The notes under the pieces were generated by a model. The model did no database searches, was not told the DNA's origin, and was given only the letters and a program-made list of their open reading frames with translations. Of a stretch of 60,347 nucleotides of DNA, positions 36,595 to 46,070 are shown in pieces. Origin of the DNA: Methanomassiliicoccales archaeon (lineage in GTDB: Archaea; Thermoplasmatota; Thermoplasmata; Methanomassiliicoccales; UBA472); contig JAFGPG010000057.1 in the NCBI GenBank assembly GCA_016926075.1, positions 1 through 60,347 on the forward strand. Direction: 5' to 3'. The number at the start of each line of letters is the position of its first letter. Within the stretch, counting starts at the first letter, position 1. The position numbers and the translations under genes were made by a program.

Positions 36595-38163
36595 TCACTC
36601 AATTCGTATGAGGTTGCGATATCCCAAGGCCAACAGCGACCCGCCCATGACCGTGCTGGTCGCCAGTAACGCGATCAACCCCAGCTGCTGTCCGAAGAGG
36701 GCGAAGCTTAGCACGAACAGCAGGAAGGAGATGGTCATGACCATGACCGCGTTCCCGAGCACCTCCAGGGGCTTCTCGGAGAAGGCCGGGAAGATCAGGA
36801 AGAGGCCGGTGGACATCATGACGTAGGACGAGGCCACCAACACCATCCATCCAGTGAGGACCAGAAGCTCTAACCCCCTCACCCCGCCGGGGACCAGCAC
36901 TATGAGCGCCGACACGGCGGCCACCGGCTGCAGTACCAGCCAGCCCTGCAGGACACGGGAGCGCACCAGCTTGCCCTCCCCCTGAGGCGCCTTGCGATAG
37001 ACGAACAGGTTGTCCTTACCCCTGGCGGTCACCTCCCCGACCACGAACACGCAGAGGAAGGCCATGAGCCAGGAGACGGTGAGCAATGCAAGGACGGTGT
37101 AGTCGCCTGCGGGCAATGAGCCCAGCATGAAGACCTCCACCATGACCACCAGGGCGAGGACGTACAGCACCCGGGAGAGGTTCTCAAGACGCCGGCCGAA
37201 GTCCTTCAGCACGGTCACCAGCACCGTCCCCGCCGAACCGCCAAAGGCCAGGGCGCGAGCGTAACGATAGAGCCGCCCCTCCGGGGCGGCCCGGGGGGTG
37301 GCGAAGGAGACCGGTTCGAGGTCGAAGGCCCTCCCCGCCAACCGTCCGCCAAGGTATATGGAGCCGAACAGCACCCCGGCCAGGCCGAGCAGGACGGCGG
37401 CGGTCCTCCAGGCCTCGTGCCCCAAATCCCCGGGGTGCTGCAGGAAGCGCAGCACCGCGTCCGCCCCCCAGGAGCTGGGCAGCAGCCAGAACGCCCCGGA
37501 CAAGGCTTCGCCATGCCCCTGCAGGGCGTCGAGCATGCCTCCGCTCACCGAGAAGTACATCAGGCCGACCAGGGGGAGCGCGATGAGCAGGGCCAGCGCA
37601 GGCCCGGCATCCCTCCCCCGCTGGCTGCGGCCCAGGAAGGCCTTCAGCATGGCCGAGAGCAGCAACCCCAGCCAAAGGGCGATCAGCACCACCAGTATGA
37701 ACACCAGCACGGAGAGCAATACCTGGTCCGCAGTCATGCCGAAGGGAACGAAGAGGGCCAGCAGGGTGCCGGCCAGCACGGAGATGAGAATGGCGTATGT
37801 GGGCAGCATGCCCAGGAAGCGCCCGAGCAGCACGTCCATGGGCCGTACCGGGGCGGCCAGGACGGCCTCCAAGGGGGCCAGGTTGGTGTCCTGCAGGGTC
37901 TGTATAAGGGGTATGGTCAGCACGCTGACGAAGATGATGAACAGTAACACCTGCAGAAAGGCCAGGGCCGCCTCGGACAGGAAGAGGTCCTTGGTGAGGT
38001 CCGAGGCCAGGCCGAAGACCGCCGGGGCCACGACAAAGACGTAGAGGACCACCAGGGCGGTGACCAGGAAGGGAAAGACCTTGCGAAAGCGGCGCATGCC
38101 GCTGGTCTTCATCAGGTACTCGTTCCTGGCGATGAGCCACCATTTAGGTCGATGCAACCGCAC
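36595..38163 (-). CDS. polytopic ABC exporter permease-like membrane protein
   Basis: About 520 aa with at least 10 hydrophobic segments, and KWWLIARNEYL near the N terminus. The likely GTG (38163) or TTG (38157) start overlaps the end of the ATPase gene. An ATG at 38112 is an alternative. Confidence 0.7.
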   Translation of the reverse strand: MRLHRPKWWLIARNEYLMKTSGMRRFRKVFPFLVTALVVLYVFVVAPAVFGLASDLTKDLFLSEAALAFLQVLLFIIFVSVLTIPLIQTLQDTNLAPLEAVLAAPVRPMDVLLGRFLGMLPTYAILISVLAGTLLALFVPFGMTADQVLLSVLVFILVVLIALWLGLLLSAMLKAFLGRSQRGRDAGPALALLIALPLVGLMYFSVSGGMLDALQGHGEALSGAFWLLPSSWGADAVLRFLQHPGDLGHEAWRTAAVLLGLAGVLFGSIYLGGRLAGRAFDLEPVSFATPRAAPEGRLYRYARALAFGGSAGTVLVTVLKDFGRRLENLSRVLYVLALVVMVEVFMLGSLPAGDYTVLALLTVSWLMAFLCVFVVGEVTARGKDNLFVYRKAPQGEGKLVRSRVLQGWLVLQPVAAVSALIVLVPGGVRGLELLVLTGWMVLVASSYVMMSTGLFLIFPAFSEKPLEVLGNAVMVMTISFLLFVLSFALFGQQLGLIALLATSTVMGGSLLALGYRNLIRIE

Positions 38164-38956
38164 TCCTCCAGGCCAGGGGGTCTGTGCTATCCTTGCCTCC
38201 GGTGAAATGCATGAAGGCCTCCTCCAGGGACGAGGTGCCGGCAAGCTCGACCAGCTCCGGCACCGTGCCCAACGCCACCAGCCGGCCCCTGTTGATGACC
38301 GCGATGCGGTCGCATATCTCCTCCATCAGGGGCAGGATGTGACTGCTCACGAAGACGGTCTTATCTGCCTTGGCCGAAAGGCCCTTCACAAGCTCCTTCA
38401 CCACCAGGGAGGCCCGGGGGTCCAGGGCCGAGGTAGGCTCATCCAGGAAGATCACCGGTGGGTCATGGACCAGTGCTGCGGCGATGAGCACCTTCTGCTT
38501 CATGCCCCGACTGAAACCTTCCAGCAGATCATCCTGGCGCTGCTCCAGGCGGAAGAGGGAAAGCAAGCGCCCCACGCGTTCCTGCAGGAGAGGGCGGGGT
38601 ATGTCGTACAGAGAACCAACGAACCCCAGGTACTCCGCCGGACTCAGCTTCTCGTACAATCCCGGGGATTCCGCCAGCAGCCCGGTGGAACGCTTGACCT
38701 CGTCGGTCTGCGATAGGACGTCATAACCGTTCACCCATGCCCGACCGCAGGTCGGTCTGATGATGCCGTTCAGGATGCGTATGGTGGTGGTCTTACCAGA
38801 ACCGTTTGGCCCAAGAAGGCCGAAGGTCTCGCCCGGATGAACCTTCAACGATAATCGGTCCAACGCCATGATCTCATTGCGACGGCCATAGGATTTGCAG
38901 ATCCCGTCCAACTCGATCATGCCCCTCTTCTCATCGGTCCTTCCGTTCATCCCCAT
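38144..38956 (-). CDS. ABC transporter ATP-binding protein
   Basis: MIELDGICKSYG, Walker A GPNGSGKTT, signature FSRGMKQK, Walker B IFLDEPT. The start is among the ATGs at 38956/38950/38920. The track extension to 39265 is not protein-like. Confidence 0.9.
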   Translation of the reverse strand: MGMNGRTDEKRGMIELDGICKSYGRRNEIMALDRLSLKVHPGETFGLLGPNGSGKTTTIRILNGIIRPTCGRAWVNGYDVLSQTDEVKRSTGLLAESPGLYEKLSPAEYLGFVGSLYDIPRPLLQERVGRLLSLFRLEQRQDDLLEGFSRGMKQKVLIAAALVHDPPVIFLDEPTSALDPRASLVVKELVKGLSAKADKTVFVSSHILPLMEEICDRIAVINRGRLVALGTVPELVELAGTSSLEEAFMHFTGGKDSTDPLAWRSAVAST

Positions 38957-39211
38957 GCCCTTCGCAGCATATGGTATTAGAACTTCACTCGAACTTCGAG
39001 CGAGGATTCTGGAGAATCGTGTCACATGGCCATGGGATGGATTGACCCCCAGGTGTTCTTCGAAGTCCCATCGACGAATGACCAAGCGGTCGTGAGGGAT
39101 GCAGATAAGTGATCGGGCGACATCAAGGTCCGCCATAGGATTGATAGACATAATGAAAAATCGGGACCGATGCATCGTTATATCCCTTTGCCAGCATCTA
39201 CGAGAGTACGC

Positions 39212-39232
39212 TATTAATAAATATAATATAAT
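39212..39232 (+). promoter_or_regulatory. AT-rich TATA region upstream of the surface-protein gene
   Basis: TATTAATAAATATAATATAAT lies 37-57 nt upstream of the ATG. A GGGAGGG RBS lies 8 nt before the ATG. Confidence 0.45.
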
Positions 39233-39268
39233 GGAATAATTGACCAGTACACAAGGGAGGGACACGTC

Positions 39269-42200
39269 ATGGGATGCAGGATCAGATCAATCTGGACCAT
39301 TTTAATAACCTCAATGTTATTGTTTTCGATAATACCCGCTCTGGCGCCTAGCGCGTCTGGGGACGGGATATTACCATCGTGGGACATCTACACCATCGAT
39401 GATGTGGGCGATGTAGGGAAGTACTGCTCCATCGATCTGGATTCCAACGATCGCGCCCACGTCAGCTATCACCAATCGACCGCAGGGGAACTGAGATATG
39501 CCACCAACGCCAGCGGGACGTGGGCAAGTGTGGCCCTGGAGACCGGGGCCTACGCCGGCCAGGAGACATCCCTGGCCGTGGACTCCAATGATGCCGTGCA
39601 CATCGCATACTACAACTATCCCAATGCCAATCTGAAGTACGCCACCAACCTGACCGGGACCTGGGTGAAGACCGGAATCGACGTCGCCGGGGATGTGGGG
39701 CGCTACAGTTCCCTGGCCCTGGACTCGATCAACAACGTGTACATCTCCTACTATGACAGCTCGAACGGCGATCTGAAATACGCCACCAATTCAGGGGGGA
39801 GCTGGGGAGTACAGGCGGTCGACAGCCCCAACGACGTAGGCCTGTATTCCTCCATCGCCCTGGACTCGAACAACTGGGTCCACATCGCCTATTATGACCA
39901 GACCAATGGTGACCTTAGGTACGCCACCAATGCCGGTGGCAGCTGGTACACCACTTCCGTGGACACCGCCGGGACGGTGGGTGTATATTGCTCCATAGGG
40001 ATCGATTCTTCCAACAAGGTGCACATCAGTTACCATGACGTGACCACCGGATATCTCAAGCATGCTACCAACGAGGGCGGGGCATGGACCTTGGAGAGGA
40101 TCAGCTCCTCACCCGTGAACGGCATCTTCACCGACCTCATCGTGGACGAGGAGGATAACCTGCACGTGGTCTTCCATGACTCCCTTAACGGGGACCTCAT
40201 CTACGCCAACGATGTGTGGGGCGGGTGGACCATAGGTCCGGTGGACACGGAGGGGGTGGTGGGTTACTATCCATCCTTGGCCTTGGATTCCATGGGCAAC
40301 GTCCACATAAGTTACTATGACGTCACCAACATGAACCTGAAGTACGCCCATCAGATATTGGAGGCGCCCACCTACCCCTTGGGACTCACTGCAAGCCCGG
40401 GGGACGCCCAGGTCACCTTGAACTGGAACGCCCCCGACTGGGACGGAGGCTCCCCCATCACCAACTACTCGGTGTACAGGGGCGCAATGAGCGGCGGGGA
40501 GACCCTACTGGTCATCCTGGGCGATGTGCTGTTCTATGAGGACAGCGACGTGGTCAACGGACAGACCTACTGGTACTACGTCACGGCGAGGAACGTCATG
40601 GACGAGAGTGTGGCCTCGAACGAGGTGAGCGCCACGCCCATGACCGTGCCATCCGCGCCGATCAACCTCACCGCCTCCTCTGGGAACGAGAACGTGCTGA
40701 TCGAATGGGAGGCGCCCTTGGAGGACGGCGGCTCCCCCGTGCAGTCCTATATCATCTATCGCGGCCTGGTCAGCGGCGGTGAGTCGCCCTTGCTGACAGT
40801 GCACGGCACCACCTCCTTCTGGGACGGCGGGCTGACCAACGGGGTCACCTACTGGTACCACGTGACCGCGGTCAACGCGGTGGGGGAGGGGGCGACCTCG
40901 AACGAGGTGAGCGTTACGCCCATCACCTTGGCCCACGCGCCCGGCAACCTGACGGCCGTGGCGGGCCAGGACAACATAACCCTCCATTGGTCCGCACCAG
41001 CCCAGGACGGCGGTTCGTCCATCACCAACTATACCCTCTACCGAGGCACGACCAGTGGGAACGGGACCCTATTGATGGTCCTGGGCAACGTCACTAGCTA
41101 TCAGGACCTCACCGTGGAACCGGGGGTCTGGTACTGGTATCACGTCCGTGCCGTCAACGGCGCCGGCGAGAGCCCGGCCTCCAACGAGACCTGGGCGGCG
41201 ATAGTCACCCCTCCTGGAGCGCCAACGAACCTGACCGCGGATGTGGGGAATGGAACGGTCTGGCTGACATGGGTAGCGCCTTCCTATGACGGAGGCAGCC
41301 CCATCACCGGCTACGAGGTCCATCGCGGCAACGCCAGCGGAGCGGAGGCATACATCGCCACCGTCAACGTCACGGAGTACGCCGATGGTGGCCTGACCAA
41401 TGGCCAGGAATACTTCTATCTCGTAAAGGCGGTCAACGACATGGGGAACAGTACGGCATCCAACGAGGCGTCCGCGATCCCCGTGGCCGCACCGTCCGCG
41501 CCGCTGGACCTTGATGCGTCGGCCGGAGAGTCCAACATCACCCTCAGCTGGTCCGTTCCGGCCGACGAGGGTGGCTCCCCGATCATCGGATACGCCGTGT
41601 ACCGCGGTGAGGAGGCCGGGGCCGAGGCACTACTGACCGAGATCGGACCAGTCACCTCCTACGAGGACGACACTGTGGAGGGAGGGAAGGTCTACTGGTA
41701 CTACCTCACGGCCATCAACGCAGTGGGCGAGGGACCCGCCTCCAACGAGGCCATCGCCATCATCATCCTGGTCCCGACGGCTCCGCTGGATCTGCAGCTG
41801 GCCGCCGGGGATGCCATGGTGGTCCTGAGCTGGGTGGTACCGCTCGACAATGGTGGGACCGACATCACAGGGTACGAGGTGTACCGCGGGAACGCCAATG
41901 GAGAGGAGGTATACCTCTCCACGATCAACATCACGGAGTACGCGGATGGCGATGTGCAGAACGGGATCACCTATTTCTATTACGTCAAGGCGGTGAACCC
42001 GGTGGGCACTGGCCCGGCCTCCAACGAGGTCTCGGGCATGCCTATGGCCCTTCCATCCAATGACGCGGTATTGACCGCGGTGGCCGGGGACGCAATGGTC
42101 GAGCTGTCCTGGACCGCACCGACCGATGACGGCGGCGTGCCCATCCTGGGCTACGCCGTGTATAGGGGGGCCGTGAGCGGGGCCGAGGGGCTGCTGGTGA

Positions 42201-43378
42201 CGACCGGTGACGTCCTGACGTACATCGACGCCGGGCTTGTCAACGGCCAGACCTATTGGTATCTGGTGAGACCGATCAACCAGGTTGGCGAAGGACCCGC
42301 CTCCAACCAGGTCTCCGCGATCCCGACGGCCCTGCCGGGCGCTCCTCGGGAGCTGCACGCCACGGCGAACGGGACGGCCATATCCCTGACCTGGCTGACG
42401 CCAGAGGATGATGGCGGCTCCTCCGTGACCAATTATCGTATCTACCGTGCCCTGCAAGGTGAGGCATCCCTGTTGGCCACGATCGATGACGCGCTGGTCT
42501 ATGTGGATACGACCGTGGAGGAAGGTCTGATGTACACCTATCATGTCACGGCGGTCAATGCGGCGGGGGAGGGGATGGCCTCCGAGGAAGCCTCAGCGAC
42601 CGTGGTCGTCCCACCCTCCGCCCCCCTCGACCTGGAAACGGGGAAGGGCACGGGCTCCGTGGTGCTGACCTGGAACGCGCCGCTGAGCGATGGCGGCTCC
42701 CCGATCGCTCATTATTCCATATACCGCGGTATGGTCGTTGGCGAGGAGCAACTGCTGGTCATCATCGGCAATGATCTCAATTATGTGGACCATGACATAT
42801 CGGCCGGTGCCGTCTACTGGTACTACATCACCGCCAACAACTCCGCGGGGGAGGGCCCAGGATCGACCAGGGTCGGTATCTCGCTGCAATCACCGTCCAG
42901 CGGAGCAGATAATCTGACCGGAATGTCCGGGGACGGGCTGGTGCTACTGACCTGGACCGCGCCCACCGATGATGGCGGTTCCCCGATCACTGGATACAAG
43001 GTCTTCCGGGTCAACGAGACCGGGGAGGCGGTCCTGGTGGCCACCGTGAGCGGGCTGGGGTATACGGACGACGGGGTGAACAACGGCGAAACCTACGCCT
43101 ACTACGTGATCCCCACCAACGCCATGGGCGACGGCCAGCCGTCCGATGTGATCCTGGTCACCCCCTTTGCCCCGGAGAAACAGGAGTTCGATTGGGTATT
43201 CTGGCTGCACGTCATCCTGCTGATCGTCGTCCTGGCCCTACTAATATTCTACTACTACCGCCAACGGAAGGTGGGAAAGGAAGAGGGTCCTGAGGGAGGG
43301 AGCGCACCGGAAGGGGAACAGCCCTCGCCAGAGGAGGAGAGCGACCTATGGGAGCCTCCGAGAGAGGAGGGCGGTTAA
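39269..43378 (+). CDS. large cell-surface protein: signal peptide, 7-repeat beta-propeller-like region, 10 tandem FN3 domains, C-terminal TM anchor and acidic Pro/Glu tail
   Basis: Signal peptide SIWTILITSMLLFSIIPALAPSASG. Seven repeats of about 47 aa ending in (D/N)L(K/R)YATN. Ten modules of about 90 aa each carrying W..P..DGGSPIT.Y.(V/I)YRG...Y(W/F)YYV.A.N..GEG. TM helix FWLHVILLIVVLALLIFYYY. Confidence 0.85.
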   Translation: MGCRIRSIWTILITSMLLFSIIPALAPSASGDGILPSWDIYTIDDVGDVGKYCSIDLDSNDRAHVSYHQSTAGELRYATNASGTWASVALETGAYAGQETSLAVDSNDAVHIAYYNYPNANLKYATNLTGTWVKTGIDVAGDVGRYSSLALDSINNVYISYYDSSNGDLKYATNSGGSWGVQAVDSPNDVGLYSSIALDSNNWVHIAYYDQTNGDLRYATNAGGSWYTTSVDTAGTVGVYCSIGIDSSNKVHISYHDVTTGYLKHATNEGGAWTLERISSSPVNGIFTDLIVDEEDNLHVVFHDSLNGDLIYANDVWGGWTIGPVDTEGVVGYYPSLALDSMGNVHISYYDVTNMNLKYAHQILEAPTYPLGLTASPGDAQVTLNWNAPDWDGGSPITNYSVYRGAMSGGETLLVILGDVLFYEDSDVVNGQTYWYYVTARNVMDESVASNEVSATPMTVPSAPINLTASSGNENVLIEWEAPLEDGGSPVQSYIIYRGLVSGGESPLLTVHGTTSFWDGGLTNGVTYWYHVTAVNAVGEGATSNEVSVTPITLAHAPGNLTAVAGQDNITLHWSAPAQDGGSSITNYTLYRGTTSGNGTLLMVLGNVTSYQDLTVEPGVWYWYHVRAVNGAGESPASNETWAAIVTPPGAPTNLTADVGNGTVWLTWVAPSYDGGSPITGYEVHRGNASGAEAYIATVNVTEYADGGLTNGQEYFYLVKAVNDMGNSTASNEASAIPVAAPSAPLDLDASAGESNITLSWSVPADEGGSPIIGYAVYRGEEAGAEALLTEIGPVTSYEDDTVEGGKVYWYYLTAINAVGEGPASNEAIAIIILVPTAPLDLQLAAGDAMVVLSWVVPLDNGGTDITGYEVYRGNANGEEVYLSTINITEYADGDVQNGITYFYYVKAVNPVGTGPASNEVSGMPMALPSNDAVLTAVAGDAMVELSWTAPTDDGGVPILGYAVYRGAVSGAEGLLVTTGDVLTYIDAGLVNGQTYWYLVRPINQVGEGPASNQVSAIPTALPGAPRELHATANGTAISLTWLTPEDDGGSSVTNYRIYRALQGEASLLATIDDALVYVDTTVEEGLMYTYHVTAVNAAGEGMASEEASATVVVPPSAPLDLETGKGTGSVVLTWNAPLSDGGSPIAHYSIYRGMVVGEEQLLVIIGNDLNYVDHDISAGAVYWYYITANNSAGEGPGSTRVGISLQSPSSGADNLTGMSGDGLVLLTWTAPTDDGGSPITGYKVFRVNETGEAVLVATVSGLGYTDDGVNNGETYAYYVIPTNAMGDGQPSDVILVTPFAPEKQEFDWVFWLHVILLIVVLALLIFYYYRQRKVGKEEGPEGGSAPEGEQPSPEEESDLWEPPREEGG
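39380..40354 (+). repeat. coding tandem repeat, 7 units of about 141 bp (propeller blades)
   Basis: The repeat motif VG.Y.S(L/I)ALDS.N.VHI(S/A)YYD..NGDLKYATN..G.W is seen 7 times in translation. Confidence 0.7.
40364..43165 (+). repeat. coding tandem repeat, 10 units of about 270-285 bp (FN3 modules), diverged
   Basis: Recurrent GACGG(C/A)GGCTCCCCCATCACC...TACCG(C/A)GG segments. Ten DGG(S/T/V)P(I/V).xY.(V/I)(Y/H/F)R motifs in translation. Confidence 0.8.
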
Positions 43379-43403
43379 GGTCGGAGCTGACCACCCACAG
43401 AGC

Positions 43404-43440
43404 GGCAAGGCGTGGGCGCCTTGCCATCCCTTTTTTTTTC
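43404..43440 (+). terminator. stem-loop plus T9 tract after the surface-protein gene
   Basis: GGCAAGGCG-TGGG-CGCCTTGCC (perfect 9-bp stem), then ATCCC and TTTTTTTTT. Starts 26 nt after the stop codon. Confidence 0.55.
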
Positions 43441-43500
43441 TATGGCATCCCAGCCCTATCGAAGATGGATGCCCAGAACATCAACATCCTTCCGACCCCA

Positions 43501-44862
43501 TTACTTGCTCGTTCCCAGCACGTTGTCCACCGAGCGGCACAACCTCTCCCAGATCCCATCGACCCACTCCAGGTGCTCGGGCTTCATGAGACAGGAACGC
43601 AGAAGGACCACCTCCGGCCGGTCGAACTCTACTCCCTTCCACCTCCGCTCCAGCACCCGCGAGGACGATCTGAACTTGGCCAGGTACAGCCCGGCCCTCT
43701 CCGCCTCCTGGAACAATTTCTCCGAGCGCTCCGAGATCCGGCTGGCGCTTTCCCCGTCCAAGCCGAATACCAGTATGTCCAGCTCCGGCGGTAGGATGGT
43801 GAGGAATCGGCGGTCCTCCCTCATCTTGTGATAGAGCCCGAGGGCCGCCTCCCTTCCCTTGTCCAGGCCTCTGGCGAAATCCCCTCCCCGGACCATTGGT
43901 AACGCTCTCTGCATGGCCCACAGGGCCACGGCGGAGGCGCCGGCCCGGGAGCATTCCAGTGAGATCTCCCCCAGATGAAGTTCGGAGGAGGTGAAATAGG
44001 TGTAGGGCGAATCGTGCCTATAGAACCGCCCCACGGAAGGGTCGCGGAAGAGCACGCATCCGCAACCGTAAGGCTGCAGTCCGTGCTTGTGCGGGTCGAT
44101 GACCAGGGAGCCCACCTCCGACAGGCGGTCCAGGACCTCCCTGGTCCTGGGGGGCAGATCGCTTGCCAGTGTGAAGTACCCCCCGTAGGCGGCGTCCGCG
44201 TGCACCCGGAAGCCGAACTCCCGTCCCATCTCCAATATCTCCGGCAGAGGGTCGATGGTCCCGGCACCGGTCGTGCCTATGGTGGCCACCACGACCCCCA
44301 CATCCCGCTCCTTGACCGCACGCCGTAGGGCACGGACGTCCATGACCATATCGTCGTCGCTGGGGACGACCTGGAACCTCAGACCCAGCACGTCCGATAT
44401 ACGGGAATGGGTGTAATGGGCCTGGTCCGATGCCAGGACCGGCTTGCCCGGGGCCAACTTACCGGAGATCCACAGGGCCTCCATATTGGCCACCGTCCCC
44501 CCGCTGGTCAGGTGCCCGATGTGCTCCTTCCACCCGAACATCGCGGCCAGAGCGCCCACCGCCTCCTTCTCCATGGCCGAGCTCGCCCTTCCGCCGTCCA
44601 GAGCGTGGTTGTTGGGGTTGAGCCACATGGACAGCATGTAGGCAGCTTGGGCCACCGGGTGCGGGGGCTTGAGCATCTGTCCAGCGTACAGTGGGTGATG
44701 ATAGGGGTAATTGTCCCTCATTCTCCTGGCCACTTCCATGAGCACCTCCTCCGCCCCTTCGGCATCGAAGACCATCTGGTGCTCTGGAAGGTGCTGGAAA
44801 CCACGTTCCATCTCCCCAAGGGCCTTCCTCACTATCGCCAGGGTCCTTTCTTCAAAGGTCAT
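43501..44862 (-). CDS. PLP-dependent group II amino-acid decarboxylase
   Basis: HPLYAGQMLKPPHP, LTSGGTVANMEAL, HADAAYGG, and VIDPHKHGLQPYGCG (PLP-Lys in the DPHK motif). ATG at 44862 (MTFEERTLAIV). Confidence 0.85.
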   Translation of the reverse strand: MTFEERTLAIVRKALGEMERGFQHLPEHQMVFDAEGAEEVLMEVARRMRDNYPYHHPLYAGQMLKPPHPVAQAAYMLSMWLNPNNHALDGGRASSAMEKEAVGALAAMFGWKEHIGHLTSGGTVANMEALWISGKLAPGKPVLASDQAHYTHSRISDVLGLRFQVVPSDDDMVMDVRALRRAVKERDVGVVVATIGTTGAGTIDPLPEILEMGREFGFRVHADAAYGGYFTLASDLPPRTREVLDRLSEVGSLVIDPHKHGLQPYGCGCVLFRDPSVGRFYRHDSPYTYFTSSELHLGEISLECSRAGASAVALWAMQRALPMVRGGDFARGLDKGREAALGLYHKMREDRRFLTILPPELDILVFGLDGESASRISERSEKLFQEAERAGLYLAKFRSSSRVLERRWKGVEFDRPEVVLLRSCLMKPEHLEWVDGIWERLCRSVDNVLGTSK

Positions 44863-45027
44863 GGTCCTACATCCTTTCGAACACCAAAGATTGATCGGCG
44901 ACCTAATAAAAGGGGGCGGAAGGCCTGCTCCAGCCACTTTATTCAAGGGGCCCCACAATATTAAACGGCGACCGACCGGTCAGGTCGGGACGGATAAGGT
45001 TATGAAAGCAGCGTCCGATAGCACTCC

Positions 45028-46047
45028 ATGAACTCCAAGCAAAGGTTCATGGCCGCGCTGGGGCTGGAAGAGGTGGACCGCACCCCCACCATGTACCAGC
45101 ATCTGGGGGCGGCCGATCATCTGCAAAGGGTGACCGGAATCGACATCGAGGAGGGGTTCCGGGACCATCGCCGATTCTGCGAGCTCTGCCTGGCCGCGCT
45201 CAAGGAGTTCGGTCACGACAACGTCATGGTGGGCTGGGGCGACCTGTTGATGGACGCCCACGCCTTCGGGGTGGAACTGAGCTTCCCTAACCCCCACGAG
45301 TATCCCAGGGGCAAGGAGCCGGACCCCGACCACGTGGAAGGACTGGTACCTATACATCCCCGGGACGATCCCATGTGGTCCATACTACTGGACTCGGCCA
45401 CCTACCTCAATGACAAGGTGGGCAAGGAGGTCATGGTACTGGGCGCCTGCACCGAGCCCTTCCTGCTGGCAACGGCCATCAGGGGTTTCGAGAACCTATT
45501 GCTGGACCAGATGGTCGATCCGCCACTGGTCCATCGATTGGTGCGGGTGACCACCGATTCCCTGAAGCTCTATGCCACCGCCCTGCGGGAGGAGTGCGGC
45601 CTGGAGGCGGTGTTCCTGGAGGACGGCATTGCCGATCCCACCCAGAACGACCTGGAAAGCTCACTGGCCTTCGACATCGCCTACTCCGCGGAACTGGTGT
45701 CCTTCATGCATGGTCAGGGGTTGAAGGTGGTGCTCAGCAACTGCACCATGGAGGGCTATGTGCGAGAACAGATGGAGCGCGCATCACCCGACGGGATGCA
45801 CTTCCGCTATGAGAGGGAGGACCGGCAGTCGTTGTTGGAGGCAATGGCCGGCAGTAGGTGCGCCGTCCTGGGCCTGGACCCCCTGAGGCTGATCGGCCAG
45901 GGGACCCCCGAACAGGTCCGTGCCGCGGCCCGGCAGGCCGTGGAGGTCTTCGGCCCCCGCCCCGGCCTTATCCTCAGCGCCGCCGGCGAGCTGCCATTCG
46001 ACGCCCCGGTGCAGAACATCAGGGCCCTCTCCGAACATTATCGATAA
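45028..46047 (+). CDS. uroporphyrinogen decarboxylase (URO-D) superfamily protein, MtaA/MtbA-like size but apparently lacking the Zn ligands
   Basis: 339 aa. The N terminus MNSKQRFMAALGLEEVDRTP is MT2-like. VVLSNCTMEG sits where MtaA has LHICGN, and LSAAGELP where MtaA has APGCGIAP (alignment by eye against a recalled MtaA sequence). Confidence 0.75.
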   Translation: MNSKQRFMAALGLEEVDRTPTMYQHLGAADHLQRVTGIDIEEGFRDHRRFCELCLAALKEFGHDNVMVGWGDLLMDAHAFGVELSFPNPHEYPRGKEPDPDHVEGLVPIHPRDDPMWSILLDSATYLNDKVGKEVMVLGACTEPFLLATAIRGFENLLLDQMVDPPLVHRLVRVTTDSLKLYATALREECGLEAVFLEDGIADPTQNDLESSLAFDIAYSAELVSFMHGQGLKVVLSNCTMEGYVREQMERASPDGMHFRYEREDRQSLLEAMAGSRCAVLGLDPLRLIGQGTPEQVRAAARQAVEVFGPRPGLILSAAGELPFDAPVQNIRALSEHYR

Positions 46048-46070
46048 GGTGCCCGAGGGAAGGGCAGATC

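Noticed and set aside
38957-39265. 103-codon N-terminal extension of the ABC ATPase ORF.
   Set aside because: It is not protein-like (ILYLLIAYSRRCWQRD...). ABC ATPases begin a few residues before the MIELDG-type strand, and the region carries promoter-like AT tracts for the divergent surface-protein gene.
40364-43165. Regular ~270-bp periodicity that could be mistaken for a repeat array or CRISPR-like structure.
   Set aside because: The repeats are in-frame FN3 coding modules inside one long ORF. The units are far too long and too diverged for CRISPR, and there are no spacers or cas genes.
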